A stretch of DNA of 63,575 bases, counting the filler, from Reticulomyxa filosa (lineage: Eukaryota; Protista; Foraminifera): NCBI GenBank assembly GCA_000512085.1. It is 17 parts of 17 records of this genome, joined end to end, with 100 filler letters (N's around TTAATTAATTAA, not from the genome) between each part and the next. Parts side by side here need not be neighbours in the genome. Positions count along the whole stretch, not along the records: positions 1 to 3,246 come from ASPP01020683.1; positions 3,347 to 5,242 come from ASPP01001919.1; positions 5,343 to 7,900 come from ASPP01023222.1; positions 8,001 to 10,601 come from ASPP01036102.1; positions 10,702 to 11,701 come from ASPP01028132.1; positions 11,802 to 23,650 come from ASPP01013936.1; 11 more parts are not named here. One strand, given 5' to 3'. The notes under the pieces were generated by a model. The model made no database searches. It was not told the origin of the DNA and saw only the letters and a program-made list of their open reading frames with translations. Within the stretch, counting starts at the first letter, position 1, and each line of letters starts with the position of its first letter. Both the position numbers and the translations under genes were made by a program. Shown here in pieces: positions 1 through 12,649 of this stretch.

Positions 1-33
<33 letters not shown>
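1..33. repeat. (ATT)n microsatellite, probably intronic
   Basis: Perfect ATT repeat at the window start, next to the last visible PMS2 exon. Confidence 0.9.
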
Positions 34-77
34 TTTAGATTTGTTTGTTTGTTTGTTAAAAAAAAAAAAAAACTCAA

Positions 78-761
78 CTGTACAAATAATAGCATACGCT
101 TGCAAAATACTTAACATATGCGCGTACTCTTTCTTCAAATTATTATGAAAGTCTTTTTGGCGAACGGGCAAATTATAAAACAATCGCGAGACTGTCACCG
201 TTGTACCCGTCTCACAAGCTATTGGCATACTATTCACTAACTCACCGTTCATATCGTAATTCAACTTACATCCAAGCTATTTTGTTTTATTATTTATATT
301 CATTTGTTTATTTGTTCATTTATTTTATACGATACCTCGTCGGATGCTGTCTTCGTAATCACTGCCAACTGACTCATTGCACACAACGAACTCAAGGCTT
401 CTCCACGGAATCCAAACGAATACAAATTTGACAAATCCTGAAACTTTGTCAACTTGCTTGTTGTATGCTTTTTTGCCAATAATTTATGGTCTTCTTTACT
501 CACTCCGCTGCCATTGTCACATACACTTATGCTATCCTTTCCAAACTCTTGCAACTTAATTTCAATGCTTGTGGCGCTACATTTTTTTTTTTATTTTATT
601 GTTGCTGCTGTTGCTGTTCCTGAACACAAACAGTCTCCACACAAATATTACCCTGCATCTAAGCTGTTTTCAACTAATTCTTTCACTGCTGTGGCTAAAT
701 CTGTCACAACCTGACTACTGCAAATTCGATGCACAGAATGCTCGGATAAATTTTTTATCAT
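78..761 (-). CDS. PMS2: MutL-family mismatch repair ATPase, PMS2/Pms1 type, N-terminal part (exons ~761-652, 576-336, 276-78; continues off the window)
   Basis: Spliced translation [37 protein letters not shown]|ATSIEIKL...DNGSGV...TSKL...[13 protein letters not shown]...|...[24 protein letters not shown] motifs and the MutL GFRGEAL signature are present; ICSxQVV is PMS2-like; the GT-AG introns keep frame. Confidence 0.9.
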
Positions 762-1646
762 ATCACACCCAAACGCATTTGAATTTTTTTAGCAAAAACA
801 ACACGTTGCTAGTTGTTAAGTAAAAAAAAAAAAAGTAAGGTTTGAATCTTAATATTAACAATTGTCGCCTTTTTAAAACAGCTTTGTTTCGTTTTTTACT
901 TTGTATTTATCCAGATGATGGGAACATAACGAAAGTATCAAGTGTAATGCAAAAAAAAATTTATCTGATCATACTGTTGACTCGTAAGAACAATTGAAAG
1001 GCAAACGACAAAGGGAAAAGAAAAAAAAAGTTATATTATTCCGTCGAACGTTTCGACTACCCAACTGGAGAAACTGTAGACGTTCAAAGCAAGGTCAAAC
1101 ATTATTTTCTGATGTTGCGACTTAAAACATCAATTTTTTGAGGAAAGTCAAAACCTTACTGTCAACAATTGATTTACGTGCATATTCAAATTCATTATCT
1201 TAAGTTGTAATGTTTAAACCTCCAAAATTTCATTTTAAACTGAACATACCTACCCCTTTCGACAACAGTACACTTGTCACTTTTTAATGGTTGTGCTTCG
1301 CAATGTTTCGAATTTCTTAAATGAAATGATAGAATTTCTTAGAAAAAACGATGAGCTTGGTTGAAATAAAAAAAAACAGATATAACTCAACAGAACAGGT
1401 AACTGAAGTTTCGGAGTACGTAAAAAGTGTTGTAACTTGTTCATATTCGAAAAATTGAAGAAGTTTCGGATAGTCAAAATTGAACAAATTGCGATATTTT
1501 AAGGAAAAAATGAGAAGAAAAAAAAAAGGATGAAATAATTGAATAGAAAAACAAGAATGAGAGGAGTGAAGGGGAGCGAATAATAATAATAACAGTAGCA
1601 ATATACTAGTAACAGAAAATAGTACTATGTAAAAAAGCAGTCCAAA

Positions 1647-2239
1647 TTAAAAGAAGCCTTGAGCCTTGACTCTCCGAATATCAACAGTGACTTGGCCCAT
1701 GAGATCCAGGAAGCCATTATAGTACTTTCGGAGGGTTCCCAAGGCCATGAACAGCCAAAAGACGCTGAGTCCAAAGACGAGATAGGCAGCAGCAGTGCCA
1801 ATGTAGAGAAAAGGTTGTGGTGGTTCGATTCCCCATTTCGCATGATAAATGTACCCCGAGCACACGGAGATGAGACCAGCAGCTCCATACATGAAGCACT
1901 CGACACGATCTTTCTGGCACCTTTGCATTCCCAAATGCAGTTGTTGATAGATTTGGTCGAGCAGTTTCAAAGCATCACGTTGTTGTGTGGAAGAGGAGTC
2001 AAGAGCGTTTGTAAGGCCCTTATTGTCACCATCATCATTATTATCATTATTATCATTATTATCATTATGATCATTATCATCATTCTTCTTCTTTTCCTTT
2101 TCATTGCTATGATCAGTGGACTGTCCACCAGATCGAAAGCTCAATTCAAAAGTGGCAGCAATTCCGTCGTGATCCGACAAGCTGCAAAGGCCTTTTCGAA
2201 GCAATGTAGTTTGTTTTAAAGTGGCATTATTATTATTAT

Positions 2240-2321
<82 letters not shown>

Positions 2322-3246
2322 CTATTATCATTATCATTATTATTATTATCATAGCCATTGACGACATGCGTGTGCGCATACTCTTTGAGAACTTTGGCAC
2401 GGACATCGACATTAGCAATGGCGCGTGCATTGTAATCGAACAGTACATAATCCAAGCGCAAAGGCTGAAGTTTCGCATTGTCGGCATTTGTGGTGAACGT
2501 GTTGGTGTGATTCCAATACGTAGTGTCCTCGTCGTGCAGCACGTCTCGCAAGCGACACAGCGTCTTGGGGATTTGGGCGACCAGGTCTGTCACTGGCGCG
2601 TTCAAGTCCGCGCACAGCACGCACAGCTCGCTCTTTCGTGTCAACTGGATGAACGAAGCCAAGTCGTACGCCTGCGCGACGCGGTGGCTATAGTACATGT
2701 CCACGCTCGGGTCAAACGCGTCCTCGTGGTAGCACGCGTGCAAGTGCGTGTTATATATATCCGCGCGAAATCGCTTGTTTATTTCGATTCGAATCAAGCC
2801 CACGCCTTTGTATGCGTGGTAGTCACCGTGATGGAAATAATGATAAACCCTTTTTTTTTAAAAAAAAAAAAAAAATCACCCCCTTTTTTTTTTTTCCTCC
2901 CCTTTTTTTTTTTTTAAATTTGTTTTGCACAATTAACCGTTAACAAAAAAGGTATGATACGACACTTCAATAATTGGGTACTTTGAAAAAACTACAATCC
3001 CGGTGGATTGAGCGGCGATGCTATTGCCATGAGGAAATTGATGAAAGTAGTAGTCGGTTGCACACTGCTTGATATCGTTCATGTAGTACTTCACAAAGGC
3101 CTCCTGGAAACATATGATATCGTACTCGCCGCTTTCTATTATCTCCTTAATCTTCTTGTAACGCACGCGCTGCGGAGATGTCAACAGTGGTGCTATCAAA
3201 TACAAATTTTGATTCCATATCTTCAGTCTTATCGTCGTTCTCGTTG
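1647..3246 (-). CDS. Neutral sphingomyelinase / ISC1-like EEP phosphohydrolase with C-terminal TM segments (5' end probably cut by the contig edge)
   Basis: Motifs across ORFs 2933-3205, 2318-2803 and 1647-2249: YDIICFQEAF, HHGDYHAYKGVG, YNTHLHA, ADLN, RLDYVLF, LSDHDG, then two hydrophobic helices. The frame changes inside the (AAT)n tract. Confidence 0.85.
2227..2351. repeat. (ATT/AAT)n microsatellite encoding poly-Asn inside the sphingomyelinase gene
   Basis: Long ATT repeat with occasional ATC interruptions. Confidence 0.9.
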
Positions 3247-3346
3247 NNNNNNNNNNNNNNNNNNNNNNNNNNNNNNNNNNNNNNNNNNNNTTAATTAATT
3301 AANNNNNNNNNNNNNNNNNNNNNNNNNNNNNNNNNNNNNNNNNNNN
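3247..3346. other. Artificial contig linker N44-TTAATTAATTAA-N44 (first of 16)
   Basis: The same 100-bp linker starts at 3247, 5243, 7901, 10602, 11702, 23651, 25876, 31667, 40728, 49439, 54264, 55451, 56561, 58227, 59580 and 62472. Confidence 0.99.
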
Positions 3347-3365
3347 TTTCATTGATAAACACAAT

Positions 3366-3420
3366 CATCTATATAAGGTGGCATTTTAGGTGTCAACTTT
3401 CTTTTTTATCTTAATGTATA
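3366..3420 (+). repeat. Dispersed ~50-bp repeat, copy 1
   Basis: CATCTATATAAGGTGGCATTTTAGGTGTCAACTTTC... is closely similar to 26049-26101 and 53456-53506. Confidence 0.75.
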
Positions 3421-4092
3421 TTGTATATTCGGCAAAACATGTCGATGTCATGTATGTGTATATTGTGTAAATGAATGTACTTAGTTTGAGTTAGAATAGA
3501 AAATCGCAAGAATTGTTAACAAGTAACTCAGATTCGAATTGAGCGCAAATCGAACATGTGGTAAATAGCGCCACATACAAATATGAATAAAAATAATAAT
3601 TATATCAGTATAGTAATGGCAACATCCAAAGCGATATCCACTACAAATGCAGATGCAAATGCAAATATTGCTGCTGACAGTAGCAATAGTCATGATAGAA
3701 CCACTTGTGGAATAAACAACACAAATTTATCACAGTCTCTCGGATATGGACGGAGTCGAGGAACAGTGCAGACGTTGGCCGACACTAGATTTGATCCATT
3801 GAAGGCATATGTCTCAGTTAGCACAAAACAGAAACGCAAATAAAAAAAAGAAAGGGTAAATGAAAATGCGTATTTAACTTTGTTTGCATTGTGGATTGCT
3901 TTGGAATTAGTAAAGTCGAGCATAATAGCTACTGCGGCAACTAAACAAGCTTGCAAATGCCATTCTAAAAATCCATCTTGCAACTGTCAGTGGTCATGAT
4001 CATAATAATAAATAAGATGAATTTAAGAAAAACAACAATAAAAATAAACAAGTTCAGACCAGTGATGCTGGTAAAGAAATACGCTTAAATTA

Positions 4093-4309
4093 GTCTGTGA
4101 TTGTTGATGATATCATTTATCAATTACAATGTGGCGATTCTCCGGACGTGTTGGATAATTTGGCGGAAATTGTGATTTAATATGGATATGTCATCCTGTT
4201 TGCAGCTGTGTTTCCACTTATGCATTTGTTCAGTTTGATCAACAACTTTATCAAATTTGCCGTCGATTTCCATTATACACATGTTCAACGCCATGTGGCA
4301 ATAAAATAA
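4093..4309 (+). pseudogene. Anoctamin/TMEM16 fragment with an in-frame stop
   Basis: Not in the ORF track. Reads DVLDNLAEIVI*YGYVILFAAVFPLMHLFSLINNFIKFAVD...QR, matching the anoctamin ExxIQxGxVxLFxxxFPLxxLFxLxNNxxE...D motif, with TAA (4178-4180) at the Gln position. Confidence 0.7.
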
Positions 4310-4829
4310 GAAGAAAAAGCTGACATTGACAATGAAGAAAGAGATTAAAGAAATTTGTAATAATTTTTCTATTTCTGATTAGCTTGGTGTGGTATGAAGT
4401 GATTTGTTTTAGTATCTGAAACTTTGACAGCACTTTTCATTACTCATCAAACATTTTTTGTTAATATTAACAAAGTAAAGCCAAGTCAAATTGCCTTTTC
4501 TAGATTTTGTTTGAGATCTGTTAATTGTACTAGCTGTTTTAATTACATCCTGACAATAGCATTCTTATTATGAGTTATTCGCTTGGATAAAAAATCAACA
4601 AAAATTGCAAAAATTTTCGTAGTTGTTTTTTTGAAATGACTATTTTAAGTATAATAGCAATACGGGATTGCTCTGACCAACTTAATTAAAAACACATCTT
4701 TATATTTACAATAACACATCCAATTAAAAATCAAACAAAACAAAAATCAAAAGATACCACATTCACTGTATATTTTTTTACAAAATACTTTTTTTTGTTT
4801 TGTCTGTCTCCTTTCTTCCTTCTTTAGAA

Positions 4830-5113
4830 TCACAGGCCTTTATTGTAAAAAAATTGCATTTCCTTGATGACACTTTCATCAAGTTGTGTCATTTCTCTAA
4901 CTTTGGCAACCAGATGTTTTTCCACACGATGTCCTGGAAGACTGTCTTTTTGAGGGAACAAGGCCATAGAAGGAGGAATAAAAGTCATCACCGTCAAGCC
5001 AATCAAAGCAGCTTCGACCGACAACCTGCCCCAAAATCCCATTCTCGCAAACAATCGCGTTTCATCACATATTTCATCATAACTGGCGGGAAGAACATTG
5101 GAGGCACTGACTT
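4830..5113 (-). CDS. Sideroflexin (mitochondrial carrier, SFXN/Fsf1), final exon
   Basis: Contains IPPSMALFPQ and ends FFYNKGL*, the sideroflexin C-terminal signature. An upstream VPPMFFPPVMM in a shifted frame suggests a homopolymer error near 5062. Confidence 0.85.
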
Positions 5114-5201
5114 GATTCAAACATATTAAATATAATATTAATATCATATTTTGAAAGTCGTTGTTATGTACGTTTCCGTAAACAAAAGAAGCAAAAAAGT
5201 A

Positions 5202-5240
<39 letters not shown>

Positions 5241-5342
5241 CCNNNNNNNNNNNNNNNNNNNNNNNNNNNNNNNNNNNNNNNNNNNNTTAATTAATTAANN
5301 NNNNNNNNNNNNNNNNNNNNNNNNNNNNNNNNNNNNNNNNNN

Positions 5343-7450
5343 CAAAAAAATAAAACTTTCGAAATACCTTGCAGGACTTGCTAATAAAAGTGGAGGAACT
5401 GCAACTTGAAAATATTGAACAATATCAAAATTTGTCCATAAAAAAGATGATGATCTCTCCTAGTTAACACTTTTGCCAGTGTTGCAAGTATTTTTGAGTT
5501 GCTCCCGGTTTTATTCGTTTTAGGATTGCTTGATATGATATCATTGTTGGGTCCATTACCTTCATCAGTTCTGCCAGGGGCTTAGTATACTTAAATTTCA
5601 GTATTTCTTCTATGTCCATTTCGTATGCTATTTTATATACATTGTTCTATATTTTTCCACTCCTGTATGCTAATGTGTATGTGTAGTTAAAACCAATGAT
5701 GTAGCATCCCGTTACATGCCAGTGCTTTAAGTATTTCATTGCTGACTGATAGTTTGTTGCTTATCTGTGTTAGGAGATATAATGTGTTGAACCAGCAAAG
5801 TAAAAACATAATACTGTTCCTTATTTGTAATGATGGTACCCCGGTTAAGATAGGTAATGCTGTTTTGAAAGAAATCCTGTATGTTACTGTTATTTTTGCC
5901 AAGACTGCTGTACACTGTCAATCCTATTTCCATTTGTTTTCCATAGTATTATTCTACTGCTTTTCGGCTTTCTTTATCTGATGTGTGGCTACTGTCATGC
6001 TTTGACAGTGTTTATCTCCATCTTCCATCTTTGGCAATAATTTCTTATCGCGCATAATATGCGGTCATTCTAGTCGATACTGTTTGCTATTGTTATAATG
6101 CATCTGCATATAGTAAGCAGTTTGAAGCCCCGATGTCATATACTGTGTTTGCTATTCCAATATAAGTTGAAAAGTGGGCCGCTTACTGATTACACTTATC
6201 CAGTTCCGCTGCAAAGAGTAAATTGTTGATATTGCCATTCTCCATTTACGACTATCAGTTTGCCTTGCGTAATCATCGAGTTTGCAATCTTAAACAGTGG
6301 TCCTATGACTCATATTTGGTGAATCTTATACATGAGTCCTTCATACAATAAGTTTTCAAACGCTTTTGAATATCTAGTATGGACAATATGCAATGTTGTT
6401 TTTTTATATATTTCTTATAATATAATACGGCTCTCATCTTTAGCAACTGATCATCAGTTCCACTCATTCTCTTGAACCCTCCTTGTTCTTCATATATCAC
6501 CCTATCCAATAATGGCTGTAGCCTGTGTAGGATGCATTGTCTATAAGCGTTAGCATAGTCGATTTAATTCGTAACCTCTTATGTCATTGCAACTAAACGT
6601 TACGTCATTCTTGAGTAGACTTACCATTCTTGACATCAGCAGTTTCTCCTACAGGCTTTTGTTTTTACATATTGCGTTTACCATTTGTGTCATCTCCGTG
6701 GCATATATCTTGTCCAGCTGCTTACTAGTTCATTTGATATACTGTCCAAGAAGACTGCTTTTTCATCTGGTAATTTCTTTGCTGCCTGCATTATCTCATC
6801 TTCTGTGAATGGCCTATCTAGTGCGCTGTCAAAATGCAAGTGTGTGGTATTGAGCATTTGGATTACTCTAGTTTCTATGCTCTTCGCCCAGTTATCTTTT
6901 GCCTCTCTGGACACAAATAGTTTACTGTAGTGTTCTACCATCTTATACATATCTGTTCTTGCCCGTGTATTGCCATGCCGTCATTGTTATATAGTGATTT
7001 CTTTATTTGGTTGTAATTTTCTTATTATATCATAAAAAGCCTTGTCGTCACCATTATTGTTTTTGTTTATGTTCGTTTACTGTTCCATTATATATTACTT
7101 TCTTTCATCATATCTCTTTTTCAGTTGCTTTAGGAGCGATTTGTGTGCATCATACATGAGGCATATGTCTATTATTTGTGTTATTTTATATAGTTCATCG
7201 TCATATTGATACCTATTGTGATTTTTCTTTCGAGTTTCTATTTTTATTGCCTTATTTTGGATCAATGCATCATATATGTTCCAGAGGAATTAGTCATATA
7301 TTTCATGTGGGTTTATATGCAATGTCGCCATTGTTTTGATCAACGTTTCAATTCTTGGTTTCATTGTTCTTGCTGCTCTTTCTAAATTGTCTTTTTTTCT
7401 CATGTTCACTGTCTTAGTTGTTTTCATTTAAGTCTTTATGTTTTTTTTGC
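5343..7450 (-). mobile_element. Decayed non-LTR (LINE) retrotransposon, reverse-transcriptase region
   Basis: Fragments LDRPFTEDEIMQAAKKLPDEKAVFLDSISNEL, EEQGGFKRMSGTDDQL...ILDIQK, and LLYADA near 6101-6120 (YADD position). Many stops and frameshifts; boundaries approximate. Confidence 0.8.
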
Positions 7451-9719
7451 AATGCGTAGTTGTGTGGAATGTCACCTTTATGGGAAATAGTCTGAACCCG
7501 TATATTTTGTTATCACTTCAATTATTATTATTATTATTATCAGTGGAATAACACATTGAAAATAAATAAAGTCTAAACTAAATGCACAGATTTTAACCAA
7601 ATGATTCCCACGTGTGGGAGTTAGATTCCATTGAATCAACGTAGTGTTCGCATTCTCCCAATTCCACCAAAATGTCCCCCCGTTTGTCTTGAGGATATCG
7701 ACATTGGTGATTCGACCTCTGATGAGTAGCTCTTTTTGGCGCATTGATTGACAACGACCAGGTCATGTTCGTTGTAATAGTGGGTTGATCTGCCATGACA
7801 TCACGCGTGAGTTCTTATGCTTGTCATCATCAGTGGGTCGCAGGATCGGACCCTCAATCACAATCTTCTCAGACGCCTTCATGGTATCCAATGGCCATAA
7901 NNNNNNNNNNNNNNNNNNNNNNNNNNNNNNNNNNNNNNNNNNNNTTAATTAATTAANNNNNNNNNNNNNNNNNNNNNNNNNNNNNNNNNNNNNNNNNNNN
8001 ATTGAAAGTGGTAAGCTGCGCAACCTATGTTTCCAAGTTATAATATTTTTTTTATAATGTGCTTGGAAAACATTTGAAACACGTATGATGAATATACACA
8101 TATATAACATAGGGCCAATACCTGTCTGTCGAACAATTGGAAAGTGGCTGTTGGGTTGCGGTGCCAGCAAAGTTCAAACAACGCCAAGTCATAGCATGTT
8201 CGATTGCAAGTATTTGGCTTGCCTCAAATTTTTGCTCAAAAAGTGAAATTGTAGTTTGTTTGTATTTTTGGAATAATTTTAACATTCCCAAGTCTCCAGC
8301 ACCGATATCTTTCTCATTCAATTAAATTTCTTACATAAAATTTCTGAATTTAAATGTTTGAGTTTTTGCTGATGCTATCTAGGCCAATTGTACAGCAACC
8401 AATTACGAACAACTTTTCTTAGGCTAAAAAAACAATCAATATTTCATACTACAAAACTAGTTGATCTTCACAAATTGTTAAGAAATATTGAAAATATCTG
8501 AATTTATTTAATTTTCAAATAAAATTTCAAAAAGCTTAAAGTTCGTCTGAACAAAAAAAAAACATTCGGTGGTCACTTTTTACTTGCTGCAGCCGACAAA
8601 AGCCTTGTCGTCATTAATAAGTCTGTATAACCAATGCTGATGCGATTATTATAGTCACGTTTTTTTTAAATCAGTTCTTGTGTCCGCCAACTATATTCTA
8701 ACATTTTGGGCTCGTCATCTTTTGATAGTACTTGCACTTTGTCACGGCTTTTGTCATAATGGTAGTGATATTTCCATACCACTGCCAAGTTACCAAGCAC
8801 TCCTCCACTTACGTACACCAACCAAAAAATTCGACCACCTTTTTTTTTTGAATGAATTGAATGGGGTGATTGGGAAAAAAAAAGATAGTGTCAAAAGTTT
8901 GTGTTCAAGGAAGGGCAAGATTCAAAAGAGTGAAAAATAAAATAAATAAATAAAAATGATAACAAACCAATGTATCGTATTAAATGTAGCTCTTGATTGG
9001 CAAGGCCCAAGAAATTAAACAGGAAATGATCAAAGCCATGATGTATCAATGTTGATATTATTAATGTATGGTACATATGCAATTTCCAATTCCTTATCGA
9101 AAACACCAAATGATCAGTCAGCGTTTTTTTTGACACTGGATACGAGGAAAAGTTATCCTTATTTAATTTTCTGTTTGCAATTTTGCGTTTGTCTGTTAAA
9201 AAAGTGCACCATTTTGTACGATATTGTCCAAAGACAAACCAACACTCTACCATTCTTTTTTTGTTCTTCTCCACTCATTCGTGTCTTTTGCCTCTGCTTT
9301 GGTCATTATTTTTGTGTCGATGTCTGCCTTTGCTTCTGTCGCTCTTGCTTTTACTTTTGGTGCTTCGGCTGTGCGAACGAGACAAAGAATAGAGTCTTGT
9401 CGCTTTTCAGCGCATTTCCGTTATTCGCACAATGATATATCCATACACATTATATATGTATATGTATATGTGTATATATGCATTTATGTACACAACAAAA
9501 ACATAATATTTTCATTTTTAACAATATTAAATTGGAAGGGGAAGGAAATGAGACCATAAAAAAAATTGATTAGGGTTCAAAAAACAAGGTCACTTAAAAC
9601 GCTCACTTTTTGTTACCAACTTTGATTGTCTAAAAAACATTGTTTAAAAAATGCAAAAATATGTCATTTTTTTTTTTTTGCAAAAGACAAAAAGAGGTCA
9701 CACAAAATACCATCTGTTT

Positions 9720-10330
9720 GTTTTTCTGACGGCAAAAATTGGACACACTTAATTCCATTCCTTTGATTTCATAAAGCTGTTGAAATTTGCATAGGTCCGA
9801 CAAACAAACAGTATTGTCAGCATATTATGTTTCTAGCTCTACTGCTTTCATAAGATAAGTAGTCAACGCAATTAACAGCATTTTATGTCCACTAAGTGTA
9901 GAAATTTCTTTTTGGATCGAGTGTCCCAGAAGCAAATAGTTCTATCCCTTGACGCAGAGCATATACAGCCATTGCAACTTTCTTCATAGGGTAAGTATTT
10001 GGTGTGCAGCACACAATCTCCATATCCCTTAAAAGAAATCAATTCCTTTGTCCCACACACAAATGGTTCTATCAAACAATTCAGAGCAAATATTATATTC
10101 ATTACCACCACTAATGCTATTATCACCATTTTCTCTTCGAAATGAAAAGTCAACACATCGAATCACTCCAGAATATTCTTTGAAAGTTTGCAAGGTGCTG
10201 GATGTTTCAATATCCCACAATTGAATAGTTAAATCTGCCGACACAAAACACAAATGTCGACCAATTGACATTTTGTAATTATATTTCATCTTATCAAATG
10301 GTCTTGCGATGTAAAACTAATTGTATCCAA
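9720..10330 (-). pseudogene. Degenerate WD40-repeat gene
   Basis: SADLTIQLWDIETS..TFKEYSGVIRCVDFS, ICSELFDRTICVWD and ICSASRDRTICFWDTRS lie in different frames. Confidence 0.7.
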
Positions 10331-10714
10331 ATTCTTTGAACCAACAACTTGCTCAAGTGATCATTCATGTCCCTTTTGAAATCACATATGACCAGCTTGG
10401 AGGTTTGCCCTTCTTCGTGTTTTCCACAACTTTGCAAATCTTGTTGAAAATTTTGTGGACAGACCACTTCCAATTCGTTAATAGTTGATTTTTGGAGTCA
10501 CTTTTGTCCCGCTTTCTTCTTTGCTCTTTTCATTCTCGGCTTGACTCTCTTTTTTGTTTATTGATTGCAATATAAAGTTTTCATTTGAAGTTTCCCTTTG
10601 ANNNNNNNNNNNNNNNNNNNNNNNNNNNNNNNNNNNNNNNNNNNNTTAATTAATTAANNNNNNNNNNNNNNNNNNNNNNNNNNNNNNNNNNNNNNNNNNN
10701 NAAAAAAAAAAAAA

Positions 10715-11701
10715 ATGGGAAACATGCGAACATATAGTGTGATATCATACTCAAAGTTTGAGAAGAAGCACGAGCTATTAATCTTTTGGAACAACTTGCA
10801 GATCAAGATCGACATGTGTTTCACGCGTAAGCGAGTGCAGTTGTTGTCATTCCATTGCAAGATGTGGGGCACACACGTATATAAATTGGAGCCAAAGACG
10901 GAGTTGCTTAGTGTATGTGACGACTTGTTGTCAGAGTGTATTGTAGATGTCGACTTTGCGAATGACTCGAGTCATGCGGTGAAAGAGATCCTAAAAGCAG
11001 TATTGCTATGTCCTAGTTTTGAAGTGATCTCAGAAGAGTGTCGTGATTGCATTGCATTTCTTTAAGGGATGGTTCTTCTTCGTCACCGCTCATCCCCACC
11101 GCTTCTCCGAGTTATTGCAGCCCAACAAGAGTTTAACCAGCTCTGCGTATGAAGCACTCATTGTGTATTGCTTTTTCAAATTGAATAAAGATGGCAATAG
11201 TAATCATAGCAATCGTAATGGCAATCGCAGATATAATAATAATGATAACAAGAAAAAACATAAATATTATGACATTATCAAAGAAGCATATTCTGTGTTT
11301 GACGATATTGCTCGTTGTGTCACCACCAAAAATAAAGATATTGACAATGATATGCAACATCAGATAAACTCCAAGCTTACTAAATCAGATTATTCCAGTT
11401 CACACTCTTTTGCTATCTCTTCTTCTTCTGCTTTTTCTGTTTCTTCTGCTTCTTCTGCTTCTTCTGCTTCTTCTTCTTCTTCTTCTTCTACTTCTTCTGC
11501 CTCCGATTTTGCACGCGTCAATACAACCCATTCGTCCCACTCCGAACCGCAGCAGAAGGAAGTGTTTATCGATCCTTTTAAATACTGCGAGAAGCACATC
11601 CCGCCTATCCCTTCCCATCTTCGCAAACACCAACCCAAGCTCACTGCTTGGTTGAGCAGAGGCACAAACGGATCATCCAGAACGAAAAGGAACATCGCAA
11701 A
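10715..11701 (+). CDS. Unknown eukaryotic protein fragment with a poly-Ser tract (probable frameshift near 11060)
   Basis: Overlapping ORFs 10715-11065 and 11043-contig end with coding-like composition and (TCT)n at ~11419-11500. No family recognised. Confidence 0.45.
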
Positions 11702-11931
11702 NNNNNNNNNNNNNNNNNNNNNNNNNNNNNNNNNNNNNNNNNNNNTTAATTAATTAANNNNNNNNNNNNNNNNNNNNNNNNNNNNNNNNNNNNNNNNNNN
11801 NTTGTTTATTTGTTTGTTTGTTTTGTTTAAGTGGTTTCTTTTTTTTTTTTTTGATCCCTTGAAATAGTGAGAACAAATGATTAGAGGAGAGGGACGAAAA
11901 AAACATAAACAAAGCGAAATTAATACGCAAC

Positions 11932-12117
11932 TGACACTGGACGAAGGATATCTCCTTTTGAATTGACATGCGGGATCTTGGTGGCAGAAATGTTATTTGA
12001 GTCGCTTGCGTATATTGCTTGCATTTTTTTAATTACCATTTTCAGACCATCAAAGTCACAGTAATGCTCGGACCATTCCAAGATTTTGTTTGTTTCAAAG
12101 TAAACACCAAACTTCAT
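11932..12117 (-). CDS. SPX-domain protein, first exon (truncated by the contig edge)
   Basis: MKFGVYFETNKILEWSEHYCDFDGLKMVIKKM matches the SPX N-terminal pattern MKFG...EW...Y..Y..LK..IK. Confidence 0.8.
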
Positions 12118-12649
12118 GTGCTTTGATGACTTCTCTTTTTTTCTTACAGGCAGAATGTACACATAAGGCAGAAAAAAAAAGTGATATCCGGAATTATAGA
12201 GTTTTTTTAGGGGGCTAAGTTCGTCATTCTTTTTCCAAAAACTCACAATACTGTTTTTTTATTGCTTTGTGACCACTGAAATTATTGGACAAATTTGAGA
12301 TTAAATACAACACAGTATTTTTGGGTTGTTAATTATTCTATTGTTGAACTGTATATCTTTTCCAATTAGAGTTTTTAAAAATATACTTCTATATTACTCA
12401 GCCTTGTATGTGCAACAATGGAAACATACACAGTGTAAAAGGTTAATAGAAAGCAAAAATGCTAGTTAAAAAAATACTCAATAAGTGGAAAACTCCCAAT
12501 TTTAAAATCATGTTAAAAAAATAAGTGTCAATAAAAGAGCTCGAAAAAGAATGAACAGAGTAGCAAAAAAGCACGCCTTAAAAAAAAAAAAAAATACAAG
12601 GCAAGAAGTTCAAAAATGCGAATGTGAGAAAGTTTATTAAAACCGAGTA

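Noticed and set aside
4178-4180. TAA=Gln alternative genetic code
   Set aside because: TAA terminates other genes here (Hsp70 at 16702, HSPA12-like at 29999) and intact exons lack internal TAA/TAG. A single mutation is simpler.
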